Below the pieces are notes generated by a model. That model saw only the letters and a list, made by a program, of their open reading frames with translations, did no database searches and was not told the DNA's origin. This document shows, piece after piece, positions 1-8,873 of a DNA stretch of 44,059 nucleotides. Location: assembly GCA_025929315.1 (NCBI GenBank), contig JAICMI010000005.1, positions 1 through 44,059 of the forward strand, read 5' to 3'. The translations under genes were made by a program, and so were the position numbers. Within the stretch, counting starts at the first letter, position 1. Each line of letters begins with the position of its first letter. This stretch comes from Frankiaceae bacterium (lineage in GTDB: Bacteria > Actinomycetota > Actinomycetes > JAFAQI01).

Positions 1-546
1 GCCACCTGCGGCCAATGACATCAGGAACGTGAAGATCTCGTCGATGACCTGCGGCGCGAGCCCCGTCGAGACCTCGTCGAGAAGTACGACGTCGGGGCGG
101 CGTACCCGAGCAGCAGACAGCGCAAGCATCTGCTGCTCACCGCCCGACAGCGTGCCGGCCTGCTGCGTCAGCCGCGAACCCAGCGCCGGAAAGGCATCGA
201 CGGCCCGGGCTACCGCGTCAGCTGCGTCGCCGTCTGCGGCGTGCAGCTGGATGTTCTGCCGAACCGTGAGATTGGGAAAGATGCCACGGCCTTCTGGCAC
301 GTGACACAGTCCGCGGCCGGCACGCCGGTGCGATGGTTCCGACGTCACATCGACACCGTTCAACCACACGGAGCCCGCATCCGGGGTGAGCACGCCGGAC
401 GCCACGTTGAGGAGTGTCGTCTTGCCGGCGCCGTTGGGGCCGAGCAGGGCGACGACCGAACCGCTCGGCACGACGAGGCTGACGTCACGCAGGACCGGAG
501 TGCCGGCGTAACCCGCGTGCACGCTGCGCAGCTCGATGCCGCTCAT
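1..546 (-). CDS. ABC transporter ATP-binding protein, LivF-like (3' end runs off window)
   Basis: Not in ORF track; read by hand from ATG at 546 (ATGA overlap with upstream stop): MSGIELQRVHAGY...GPNGAGKTT (Walker A), [28 protein letters not shown]. Confidence 0.93.
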   Translation of the reverse strand, partial: MSGIELRSVHAGYAGTPVLRDVSLVVPSGSVVALLGPNGAGKTTLLNVASGVLTPDAGSVWLNGVDVTSEPSHRRAGRGLCHVPEGRGIFPNLTVRQNIQLHAADGDAADAVARAVDAFPALGSRLTQQAGTLSGGEQQMLALSAARVRRPDVVLLDEVSTGLAPQVIDEIFTFLMSLAAGG

Positions 547-1304
547 GCGGCTGTCCCGAGATAGGCGGCACGCACCACTTCACTTCGTACGGCGTCTTGC
601 GGCGTGCCCTCGAAAAGCAGCTTGCCGAAGTCGAGGACATACAGGTAGTGGCAGACACTGAGAACGAGTTCCATGTGGTGCTCGACGAGCAGGATCCCGA
701 TCTCCCGCTCCCGAACGACATGAGTGAGGATCGCTCCGAACCGTTCGGACTCGCGGTCGTCAAGGCCGCTCGACGGCTCGTCCAGCAACAGCATGTGGAA
801 GCCGCCGGCCAGGATGCGCGCAAGTTCGACCAGACGGCGGTTGCCGGTGGACAGTGCCCCTGCCGGTCGATCGGCAAAGGTCTCCAGCCCGCACACGACC
901 AAGGCCTCATCAGCCGCTGCAGCGACCGTGCGCTGCTCCGAACGACGACTGAACAGCTGCCGCCAAGGCATCGAGCCCGCGAGCACACCCTCGCGACCCA
1001 GCTCCACGTTCTGCCGCACGCTGAGTGAGTTGAACAGCTCGATTCGCTGGAACGACCGACCCAGACCCAGCTGCGCGCGGCGGGCGAGCGGCAGGCGCGT
1101 GATGTCCCGACCATCGAGCCGGACCCGGCCACTGGCCGGACGGACCAGACCGTTGCTTGCGTTGAACAGCGTGGTCTTGCCCGCGCCGTTGGGCCCGATG
1201 AGACCGGTGATCCGGCCGGTCGGTGCCTCCAGGCTGACGTCGTCCACGGCGACCAGACCGCCGTAGCGGACCGTCAGCGACTCGACGGCGAGACCGCTGG
1301 TCAT
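543..1304 (-). CDS. ABC transporter ATP-binding protein, LivG-like
   Basis: [27 protein letters not shown]-terminal VRAAYLG. Confidence 0.95.
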   Translation of the reverse strand: MTSGLAVESLTVRYGGLVAVDDVSLEAPTGRITGLIGPNGAGKTTLFNASNGLVRPASGRVRLDGRDITRLPLARRAQLGLGRSFQRIELFNSLSVRQNVELGREGVLAGSMPWRQLFSRRSEQRTVAAAADEALVVCGLETFADRPAGALSTGNRRLVELARILAGGFHMLLLDEPSSGLDDRESERFGAILTHVVREREIGILLVEHHMELVLSVCHYLYVLDFGKLLFEGTPQDAVRSEVVRAAYLGTAA

Positions 1305-3190
1305 GTGGCCCGCTCCAGCCGCGCAGCAGCGGGGCCACGGGCGATGCGGGCGCGGCCCCGCTCGGCACCACGTCGTACCAGGGCCGAGAGCTCGCCGCGG
1401 CTGCCTTCGGCTAGCGCGATCGCGACAGCGCTCAGACCGAACACCACAGGTTCATAGGTGGCAAGCGTGTCACTGCCGGCGATGTATGCCGGGACGACCG
1501 CGAGCAGCGCCGCGGCGACGACCGGTGCACGCAGCTGCCCGCTCCCCGCGACCGCGAGGACGACGAGATAGAGCAGCGACTGGAACGGGTCGAACGGCGC
1601 GACGTCGACGGAGCCGGACAGCGCCGCGAGCAGCGCACCCGCGATCGCGGCGAAGAACGCCGAAATGCAGAAGACCAGCACGCGCGTGACGTTGACGTCG
1701 ACGCCCTGGGCGCCGAGCGCCAGCGGGGAGTCGGCGAGCGCGTGCAGCAGCCGGCCGAGACGTTGCCGCGTCAGCACAGCGATGACCAAACAGGTCAGAA
1801 CCGCGATGGTCAGGATCACGTAGTAGAACGCGACGTCCCCGTCCAGGCCGGCGGGTCGCGGCACGGGCAGCGGCCCGCTGCGGCCGAACATGAAGTGCGT
1901 CCGATAGACCAGCTGTTGCAGCAGCACCCCGAAACCGAACGTGCCCAGGGCGAGATAGATGCCGGACAGCCGGATGGCGGGAATCGCGACAAGTGCACCG
2001 ACGGGTACGGCGACGAGCCCGGCGAGGATCAGGCCGAGCGCCCAGGGCAGTCCCGCACCGTGAGTGAAGTGGCTGAACGACGACGCGCCGACGGCGGCGA
2101 AACCGGCGTGGCACAGCGATGCCTGGCCAGAGGTCCGGACCAGCAGCGCGAGCGAGGCGAAGAGGACGACGTAGGCGGCGCCACCGGCGTAGATCGGCAG
2201 CTTGGTGCCGACCACTGCCGGGACAGCGGCGGCCAGACCCACGACCACGACGGGACCGAACCGGCGTACGACCGGCGGCAACGGCCGAGCCGGCGGCGGC
2301 GGCACCCTGCCGCCCGTCGTACGACGAGCCAGCCGTCCGGGCGCGATCAGCATCATCGCGAGCAGGAACGCAAAGGGCAGGCTGCTCGGCACCCCTTCGA
2401 GGAACTGGTGGCCGGGCACGTATTTCTGGGCGATCGCCGCCGCCACACCGAGCAGCAGACCGCCGACGTAGACGAGCGGCAGACTCGCGAATCCACCGAC
2501 GGCTGCGGCGCCGAACGCCTGCACGACGAGCAGGGTGAGGAACGGCGCGTTGAGACCGACGCTCGGTCCGAGCAGGACACCGCTGAGTGCCGCCGTCGCG
2601 AGACCGACCATCCACGCGACCGTGCGCACCCGGACCGCGCTCGTACCGCGCAGCCCGACGAGGTCCGGGTTGTCGACGACGGCCTGCATGGACAGACCGG
2701 TTCGCGACGAGCGGAAGAACACGAACAACCCGACGGCAAGCACGGCGGCGACGCCGAACACGACGATCTGGTCAATGCCGACGAAGACGCCGGGGAGCCG
2801 CACCGTCCGGCTGGACAGGAACGCGGGGAACGGCATCGCGACCGCGCCGAAGATGGCGACGACGATGCCCTGGATCGCGAGGAGCAACCCGATGGTTGCC
2901 ACGACCTGGGTCGCGACGGGCACCCGGCGCAGGCGGCTGCCGATGGCTTCCATCAGCGGGCCACCGAGGAGAGCGATGAGAGCGACAGCCAGTGCCAGCG
3001 CAATCGGCCAGGGCAGGCCACGCTTCGCGTCGAGCTCATAGAAGAGGTAGGCCGCACCGGTCGCGACGGCTCCGTGCGCGAAGTTGAAGACGCCGGTCGT
3101 CTTGTAGGTGAGGACGAGGCCCATCGCAGTGAGGCCGTAGATAGATCCGCTGACGAGCCCGAGAACGAGATAGGGGAGCAGCGCCCTCAC
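1301..3190 (-). CDS. Fused LivH-LivM-type ABC permease
   Basis: GLVLTYKTTGVFNFAHG (LivH-type) followed by GQASLCHAGF and IRLSGIYLALGT (LivM-type); GTG at 3190 overlaps upstream stop (GTGA). Confidence 0.92.
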   Translation of the reverse strand: MRALLPYLVLGLVSGSIYGLTAMGLVLTYKTTGVFNFAHGAVATGAAYLFYELDAKRGLPWPIALALAVALIALLGGPLMEAIGSRLRRVPVATQVVATIGLLLAIQGIVVAIFGAVAMPFPAFLSSRTVRLPGVFVGIDQIVVFGVAAVLAVGLFVFFRSSRTGLSMQAVVDNPDLVGLRGTSAVRVRTVAWMVGLATAALSGVLLGPSVGLNAPFLTLLVVQAFGAAAVGGFASLPLVYVGGLLLGVAAAIAQKYVPGHQFLEGVPSSLPFAFLLAMMLIAPGRLARRTTGGRVPPPPARPLPPVVRRFGPVVVVGLAAAVPAVVGTKLPIYAGGAAYVVLFASLALLVRTSGQASLCHAGFAAVGASSFSHFTHGAGLPWALGLILAGLVAVPVGALVAIPAIRLSGIYLALGTFGFGVLLQQLVYRTHFMFGRSGPLPVPRPAGLDGDVAFYYVILTIAVLTCLVIAVLTRQRLGRLLHALADSPLALGAQGVDVNVTRVLVFCISAFFAAIAGALLAALSGSVDVAPFDPFQSLLYLVVLAVAGSGQLRAPVVAAALLAVVPAYIAGSDTLATYEPVVFGLSAVAIALAEGSRGELSALVRRGAERGRARIARGPAAARLERAT

Positions 3191-3654
3191 CCGCCGCCGC
3201 AGAGTCCGCATGGGCGCCGGCCGGCGCGTTCGTGCTTGGCCACCGACGCTTCCTCGACGCGCTTGCCGGCGACCGCCGCGCAGTCCGGGCGATGGTGCCG
3301 GGACGCGCCGGGCACCGCGACCCGCTTCTCGCGCGGGGAGGACGCCACCGGTGCCACTGCGACGGTCGTCCGCGCAGGCAGCCGGGCGAGCAGCTCACGG
3401 CGCCGCAGTGCGACGGCGCGTCGACCCTGCAACAGCCACGTCATGTTGCCCAGGCCGCCGACAACCACGGCCGCGACGCCGATGTTGATCCAGGTGATCT
3501 GCGTGCCGGTACGGGCGGTGCCGCTGACGCCCCACCACGCGACGACGAGACCGACGATCGACAGCCCGAGCAGGAAGAACCACCGGAACAGGTCCGGCAC
3601 GACCCAGGGGTAGGGCTGCCGGGCCGGTTGCGCCGGCACGCCAGGCCGGGTCAT
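3187..3654 (-). CDS. 2-TM membrane protein with C-terminal Ada-like H-C-C-C zinc-binding motif
   Basis: ATG at 3654 (ATGA overlap); two hydrophobic segments around WWGVS; ends RHHRPDC...AGRRPCGLC; paralogous C-terminus at 28563-29102. Confidence 0.8.
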   Translation of the reverse strand: MTRPGVPAQPARQPYPWVVPDLFRWFFLLGLSIVGLVVAWWGVSGTARTGTQITWINIGVAAVVVGGLGNMTWLLQGRRAVALRRRELLARLPARTTVAVAPVASSPREKRVAVPGASRHHRPDCAAVAGKRVEEASVAKHERAGRRPCGLCGGG

Positions 3655-3917
3655 GCGTTGTCGCGCAGCAGCTCTGCCACCTCGTCGAGCTTGCGCCACT
3701 CGTCGCGCAGGTCGGCGGACAGCCAGGTGGTCGCGCCGAGCCCGAGCAGGAACAGACCGAACATGCCGGCGGAGACCAGGTAGGGCATCTGCTCGGCGAG
3801 GTAGGCGGTGTGGCTGACTCCCCACCACCCGACCAGAAGGGAGATCAAGCCGCCGGCGATCATCAGCCAGGCCGCGACCCGATCCCATTGCGCGCGAAGC
3901 CACGTGGTCACGTCCAT
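3651..3917 (-). CDS. Small 2-TM membrane protein (88 aa), ABC-operon accessory
   Basis: GWWGVS...EQMPYLVSAG...ADLRDEWRKLD aligns by eye with GYLGVS...RQIPYLVSGG...EDLRRDSGRLD of 28563-29102; overlaps both neighbouring genes. Confidence 0.85.
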   Translation of the reverse strand: MDVTTWLRAQWDRVAAWLMIAGGLISLLVGWWGVSHTAYLAEQMPYLVSAGMFGLFLLGLGATTWLSADLRDEWRKLDEVAELLRDNA

Positions 3918-5140
3918 GCGAGTTTCACCGCCAGGATCCGGAACAGCTGGGCTGCCGCAACGGCGACAACGGCGCCGGCGGCTACGACGAGGTAGAGGCT
4001 CTCCGACGACGGTCCGGTGTTGGCCGCGAGCTGGTACGGCGCACCAGCGCTGGTAGGCGCCGGCGCCGTCTGCGGCGCCGGCGCGTTGTTCACGGCCGAG
4101 CCGGTGACGTCGGGAGTCGGGGCACTTGCGCCGGTCGACGCCGGGTTGGTCGACGTGCCGCCTGCAGGCGGCGCGGCGGCTGCTCGGCCGGCCCCGGCGC
4201 CGATCGGTCCCGACAACCCGGTGATCGGCGCCGGTGTCTGCGCGCTCACCGACGCTTGCCCGAGCACATAGCTGACCGTCGTCTCACCGACGGTCGGCAC
4301 GTCCTGCACAACAGACACCGACAGCCCCGGCGCGACGACCGACGTCGGTGACGTCGAGCCGGACAGGTAGTGCACGGTGACACCGGCTGAGGACAGCAGT
4401 GCGTTCGCGGTGCTGTCCGGCGGCAGTGGCACGTCCGTGCCGGGCAGCACCAGGCCCCTGTCGGTGACACCGACCTCTTGACCACCGATGCGCACGTCGC
4501 CGAACTCCGTGTCGCTGCTGGGCTTGTGGGCGGCAGCCGGGGACGACATCTGCGCGTAGGAGTGCATCCGGCCGATGGAGAACACGCCGGCGACGGAGAA
4601 ACCCTCGACCGTCGACTCAGCGGTCGACGTCACCGAGCCGGTCTTGGGGTCGTGCACCACCCGGGCCTGCGCGCGCGTCGTCCCCGCCGTCGCCGACCCG
4701 CCGTCGCCGCTCGCCGACGCCAGGGCCGCCGACGTGTCGTCGGTGCTGTCCGCTCGGACGTCGTACGGGCCTTGATGCGTCTCGCTGTGCGACGGGCCGC
4801 CGTTGTTGGACTGGGCCACGAGCGGGTAGTCGGGCGCGGCACCGCTGGTCTGGCCGTGCGCGGTCATCACGATCTCGCCGGGATAGGGATAGGCCGCGAG
4901 CGCCCGTGAGCCGGTGAACGATCCAGCTGACGCCTGAGCCGTCGGCCCGCCGGCGTCGACAATGTTGTCGACGAACAAGAAACCGTTGACGACCACACCG
5001 GTGCGGACACCGTCCGCCGCGGCGGAGCCGCTCCACTGCGAGTTCACCGGCGTCGAGCCCGCCGCCGCAGCGATTGGAATCGGCGCGATGAGTGCGACCG
5101 CGCCGACAACGACGGCAGCCTGTGACCAGCCGATGTTCAT
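3908..5140 (-). CDS. Exported beta-rich protein with Pro/Ala/Thr linker and C-terminal membrane anchor
   Basis: ATG at 5140 (ATGA overlap); N-terminal hydrophobic signal-like segment; C-terminal SLYLVVAAGAVVAVAAAQLF; paralog of 27099-28457. Confidence 0.85.
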   Translation of the reverse strand: MNIGWSQAAVVVGAVALIAPIPIAAAAGSTPVNSQWSGSAAADGVRTGVVVNGFLFVDNIVDAGGPTAQASAGSFTGSRALAAYPYPGEIVMTAHGQTSGAAPDYPLVAQSNNGGPSHSETHQGPYDVRADSTDDTSAALASASGDGGSATAGTTRAQARVVHDPKTGSVTSTAESTVEGFSVAGVFSIGRMHSYAQMSSPAAAHKPSSDTEFGDVRIGGQEVGVTDRGLVLPGTDVPLPPDSTANALLSSAGVTVHYLSGSTSPTSVVAPGLSVSVVQDVPTVGETTVSYVLGQASVSAQTPAPITGLSGPIGAGAGRAAAAPPAGGTSTNPASTGASAPTPDVTGSAVNNAPAPQTAPAPTSAGAPYQLAANTGPSSESLYLVVAAGAVVAVAAAQLFRILAVKLAWT

Positions 5141-6582
5141 CGGCAGATGTTCTTCAAGCCGTACGGCGACTGCATGACGCCGTTCTGGACCTTCATGACG
5201 AACGCGCACCGCGAGTCAGGCGCCGGCTTGCTCCTGGCGAAGGTCAGCGGCGGCGCGAGACCGCCAAGCGAGTCGTTGTGCAGCGACCACAGCCCGGCGA
5301 GGATCTGCGCGCTCGTCGGGCTCGCGCTGACATGTGCGGCCGCCTGCTGGAACAGGATCGCGCTCGCCCAGCCTTGGCTGGCGTTGGGTGTGAGCGGTTG
5401 GTCCGGCGCATAGGTCTTGTAGGCCGACAGGAACTCGTTGACGCCCTTGTTGCCCGACACCGTCCACGGGAAGTCGTTGAGCGAGACCAGCGCGTTGGCC
5501 ATGCCCGGCAGCTTGGCCAGGTTGGCGTCCATCGTGCCGGACGCCTGGATGTACTGCGGGTGGAAGCCCTGGCGGTCGCACGAGTTGACGACACGGCCGA
5601 CGGTCCCGACGTCGGCGACGATGGACATGATCTGCACGTTCTTGCGCTGCGCCTGCAGACACTCGGCGGTGAAGTCGGGTTGGCCGATCGACACGTCCGC
5701 TTCGAACACCGGGTCCAGGCCCGCCGCCTTGGCGATGCCATGGTCGAACCATTCGTGCTTGGTGCTGGTGCACGCGGCTGCCTCGGAGCAGATGATGGCG
5801 CCGAACCGTTTGCCGACGCCGTAGACGGCGGCGGTGTGCGCGATGTCCCACATGCCACTGACGTAGGAGGGGCACTGCGGGAACAGCATCGAGCTCTGGT
5901 TCCAGATGTACTCCGCGCAGTCGCCACCGATGACCGGCACGTGCTTCTGCTCGAGGTACTTCACGCCTGCCTGGATCGTGAACGGCGCGAAGTTGTCGAC
6001 GAACGCGATGACGTGCTTGTTCTCGACCAGGTCCTTGACGGCGGCCTGGTATCGCTGCGGATCCATGCCGTCGTCGACGACGTAGACCTTCACCGGGTGA
6101 CCGGCGACGCCACCGTGGTCGTTGACCCATGCCGCCCAGATCTGAAGCGCCTTCGGGCCGTCCTTCTCCGACGCGCCGGCGATGCCGGAGTAGTTGCCGA
6201 CGCTGCCGATGAGGAGCGGTGCGCCCGTGGGCGCCGCCGCGCTGCCGCCGCCACTCGCGGTGCCGCCAGTCGTGGCCGTAGTCCCGCTGGCGCCGGATGC
6301 CACCGAACCCGCGGTTGCGGAGCCAGCCGAGCCGCCGGAGACCGCGCCCGGGCCGGACAGCGGAGCCGTGCCGCCGGTCGTCCCCGTCTCACCTGGGACT
6401 CCGGTGGTCGTGCCGGGCCGCTGCCCGAGCGCGGTGGAGCCCCCCGCGCCGCCGTTGGCCGCCACGACCGCCTGGTGGCTCATCCTCGTGCCGCAGGCGG
6501 CGCACAGAAGCATCGCCGTCATTGCCAGCGCGACCAATGCCGGCCGTCGACGCGACCGGCGGACTCTGGCGCCGGGTCTCAT
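5137..6582 (-). CDS. ABC substrate-binding lipoprotein (Leu/Ile/Val-binding-like fold)
   Basis: GAGGAG RBS before ATG 6582; lipobox-like LCAAC; Gly/Thr linker; WVNDHGGVAGHPVKVYVVDD motif. Confidence 0.9.
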   Translation of the reverse strand: MRPGARVRRSRRRPALVALAMTAMLLCAACGTRMSHQAVVAANGGAGGSTALGQRPGTTTGVPGETGTTGGTAPLSGPGAVSGGSAGSATAGSVASGASGTTATTGGTASGGGSAAAPTGAPLLIGSVGNYSGIAGASEKDGPKALQIWAAWVNDHGGVAGHPVKVYVVDDGMDPQRYQAAVKDLVENKHVIAFVDNFAPFTIQAGVKYLEQKHVPVIGGDCAEYIWNQSSMLFPQCPSYVSGMWDIAHTAAVYGVGKRFGAIICSEAAACTSTKHEWFDHGIAKAAGLDPVFEADVSIGQPDFTAECLQAQRKNVQIMSIVADVGTVGRVVNSCDRQGFHPQYIQASGTMDANLAKLPGMANALVSLNDFPWTVSGNKGVNEFLSAYKTYAPDQPLTPNASQGWASAILFQQAAAHVSASPTSAQILAGLWSLHNDSLGGLAPPLTFARSKPAPDSRCAFVMKVQNGVMQSPYGLKNICR

Positions 6583-6616
6583 CGGTCTCCTCAGTGTCCG
6601 CATTGGGCGGAATTTT

Positions 6617-6646
6617 TATCTTTTAGAGGATAGGCGGCGCTGTCAA
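6617..6646 (-). promoter_or_regulatory. Putative sigma-70-type promoter of ABC operon 1 with overlapping imperfect palindrome
   Basis: Minus strand TTGACA-N17-AAAGAT; TATCTTTTAGAGGATA (6617-6632) is a 12/16 palindrome in an AT-rich patch. Confidence 0.55.
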
Positions 6647-6676
6647 CGCAGGTAGCCGCCCAGCGGACCCGCCAGC

Positions 6677-7876
6677 TCAGCTGTGCTGGGCGGCGAGCCA
6701 GCCCGAGTCCGCCGCTTCGGCGGGGCCGGCGGCCGCGCGGGCGCGGGCGCCGAGCAGGAACGAGACGTTGTCCCGGAACAGCGCGGGCGCCGCCTCCACA
6801 CTCAGCTGCCCGGCGGCGTAGTCGGCGAGCGGCTGGTCAGTGCCCTCGGCGTGCGGGTAGTCGCTGCACGCCATGAACAGCTCGCCCGCCTGCGCGGCGA
6901 GCCGGGACGGGTCCTCGTAGGAGAATGCCGCGACCCGCACATGGCGCCTGATGTAGTCGCTCGGCATGGCCTCGAGCTCGACGGGCGGACGACCGTTGAG
7001 ACGCCGGGTGAACTCCCATCCCCCGTCGAGCATCATCAGATAGTGCGGCACCCACGTGGCGCCGAGCTCGACCACACCGACCCGCAGCGCGGGGTGGCGG
7101 GCGAAGACTCCGTTGATGACCAGGTCGGTCAGCGCGAGCGCAGGCGGCACCGACAGCATGATCGAGTCGAACGGCGAGACGAACTCCTCGCGCTCGTCGG
7201 TGTACCAGCCGTCGGCGAATGCTCTCGGTGGGTCGGCCACGTGGAAGGTCGGAGCGATGCCGTGCTCCACGAAGGCGGACCACACCGGGTCGAGGTCGGC
7301 GTGCGAGAGCGGTCGCCCGTTGACGGGTGACGGCGCGATCATTGCCATCTGCACCCCGGCTGCCGACAGCATGCGCAGCTGCTCGTCGACCCAACGGATG
7401 TCGCAGAGGTTGAGGTGAGCAACGGGGTGCAACCGGCCGCGCCCGTCTGCGGCCACCGAGGCGCACCACCTGTTCCAGGCCGCCATGTTGGCGAGCATCG
7501 CCGGTGGGTCGACGGACAGCAGTCGTTCCCAGAGCAGTCCGAAGTTGGGAAACAGCACTGCTTCGTCGAGTCCCATGCGGTCGAGGGCGCCGAGCCGTGC
7601 GGCCGGCACCCAGTAGTCGGGCGGCAGCGCCTCGTCGTAGGAGTAGTCAGCCGGCTTGCCTTCCCGCTGCCGCATCCTGTGGGCGCCGAGTCGTTCGGTC
7701 GCACGCGGCACCTGCACGTCGGCGAGATGCAGACGACGGCCTTGCCACGTGAGCCAGGCGTAGCCCAGCTGGTCGTCGACGATCTCGAGGGCAGCGTCAC
7801 GGTGCGCAGGCTCGATGTGGTCCCGCCACATCGTGCGTGACTCGTAGAGGTGCTGGTCGCAGTCGATGATGGTCAT
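6677..7876 (-). CDS. Amidohydrolase family 2 protein
   Basis: MTIIDCDQH, FPNFG, TFHV, VVELG, CSDYPHAEG. Confidence 0.9.
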   Translation of the reverse strand: MTIIDCDQHLYESRTMWRDHIEPAHRDAALEIVDDQLGYAWLTWQGRRLHLADVQVPRATERLGAHRMRQREGKPADYSYDEALPPDYWVPAARLGALDRMGLDEAVLFPNFGLLWERLLSVDPPAMLANMAAWNRWCASVAADGRGRLHPVAHLNLCDIRWVDEQLRMLSAAGVQMAMIAPSPVNGRPLSHADLDPVWSAFVEHGIAPTFHVADPPRAFADGWYTDEREEFVSPFDSIMLSVPPALALTDLVINGVFARHPALRVGVVELGATWVPHYLMMLDGGWEFTRRLNGRPPVELEAMPSDYIRRHVRVAAFSYEDPSRLAAQAGELFMACSDYPHAEGTDQPLADYAAGQLSVEAAPALFRDNVSFLLGARARAAAGPAEAADSGWLAAQHS

Positions 7877-7885
7877 CGGAACGCT

Positions 7886-7914
7886 ATCTTTCGGCTGCCT
7901 GAACAGACCGTCAA
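7886..7914 (-). promoter_or_regulatory. Putative promoter of amidohydrolase gene
   Basis: Minus strand TTGACG-N17-AAAGAT, 9 nt before ATG 7876; same architecture as 6618-6646. Confidence 0.5.
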
Positions 7915-7941
7915 TGAACGTCGCCATCGTGGAGGACCGGC

Positions 7942-8745
7942 GTGACCGTGACCGAGCCGATGCTCGCCGGTGGGGTGGCCGTGGTCACGGGCGGCGGCTC
8001 CGGGATCGGCAGGGCGACCTGCTTGCGGTTCGCTGCCCACGGCGCCTCGGTGGCGGTGCTGGACGTCGATGGGGCGGCGGCCTCGTCGGTGGCGACCGAG
8101 GCCGGCGGTCGGGCCTACCAGGTTGACGTGACGGACTTTGACGCGCTGACAGCGGTCGTCGACTCGGTGAGCGCTGACCTCGGGACGCCGACGATCCTGT
8201 TCAACAACGCCGGCGGCAGCGGCATCGCCCGACTCGGTGATCTGGACGTCGCGGAGTGGAACCGGTTGGTCGCGCTCAACCTCTCGTCCGTCTTTCACGG
8301 CATCAAGCTGCTGGCGCCGCGAATGGCCGCGGCCGGTCGCGGCTGCATCGTCAACACCGCCTCGATCAGCGGGGTCCGGCCGGCGACCGGCGAGGGGCCT
8401 TATGCGGCGTCGAAAGCCGGTGTCGCCGCACTCACGGCAACAGCAGCTCTGGAATACGCGCCGTTCGTCCGGGTCAACGCCGTCTCGCCCGGCGCCGTAC
8501 ACACGAAGATGACCGACCCTCTGCTGTCCGGGGTCGCGGGTGCGAAGGAGTGGTGGACGGCGAAGACTCCCCTGGACCGCATCGGTACACCCGAGGACAT
8601 CGCCGACGTCGTTGTCTTCCTCTGCTCGCCGATGGCACGGTTCGTGACCGGGCAGAACATCGTGGTGGACGGCGGCATGACGCTGCACGGCTCCGGCGTC
8701 GACGGCCTGCTCGAACGGCTGGAGCGCGGGGTCACCGACGGCTAG
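7942..8745 (+). CDS. Short-chain dehydrogenase/reductase
   Basis: TGGGSGIG, NNAG, YAASK, VTGQNIVVDGG; GGAGG RBS. Confidence 0.95.
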   Translation: MTVTEPMLAGGVAVVTGGGSGIGRATCLRFAAHGASVAVLDVDGAAASSVATEAGGRAYQVDVTDFDALTAVVDSVSADLGTPTILFNNAGGSGIARLGDLDVAEWNRLVALNLSSVFHGIKLLAPRMAAAGRGCIVNTASISGVRPATGEGPYAASKAGVAALTATAALEYAPFVRVNAVSPGAVHTKMTDPLLSGVAGAKEWWTAKTPLDRIGTPEDIADVVVFLCSPMARFVTGQNIVVDGGMTLHGSGVDGLLERLERGVTDG

Positions 8746-8769
8746 CGTTGCTCCCCTGTCGGGCAAGGG

Positions 8770-8868
8770 GATGCCCAGCCCAGGCATCGGTGCGACATTG
8801 CTGCCCATCCGTTGCGCAGCGCAGGCGCACCCATGCCGGGTCGGTGGGCAGCGGGGGCCCACCGATGC
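8770..8868. terminator. GC-rich multi-hairpin element between convergent genes (possible bidirectional terminator)
   Basis: Inverted repeats TCGGTGGGC/GCCCACCGA (8841-8849/8857-8865), GCATCGGTG/CACCGATGC (8784-8792/8860-8868), GCTGCCCA/TGGGCAGC; no U-tract. Confidence 0.45.
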
Positions 8869-8873
8869 ACGGC

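Noticed and set aside
1742-3613. 623-aa plus-strand ORF, and similar long antisense ORFs (5092-6633, 15089-16585, 16681-18486, 24188-25450, 32686-34176, 38156-40102)
   Set aside because: Shadow ORFs opposite well-supported genes; expected in high-GC DNA; Arg/Gly-rich with no motifs
6190-6460. Repetitive GCC/CCG-rich tracts (also ~4020-4240, ~28160-28330, ~33850-34080) as tandem repeats or CRISPR
   Set aside because: They encode low-complexity protein linkers; no fixed-length repeat-spacer periodicity and no cas genes
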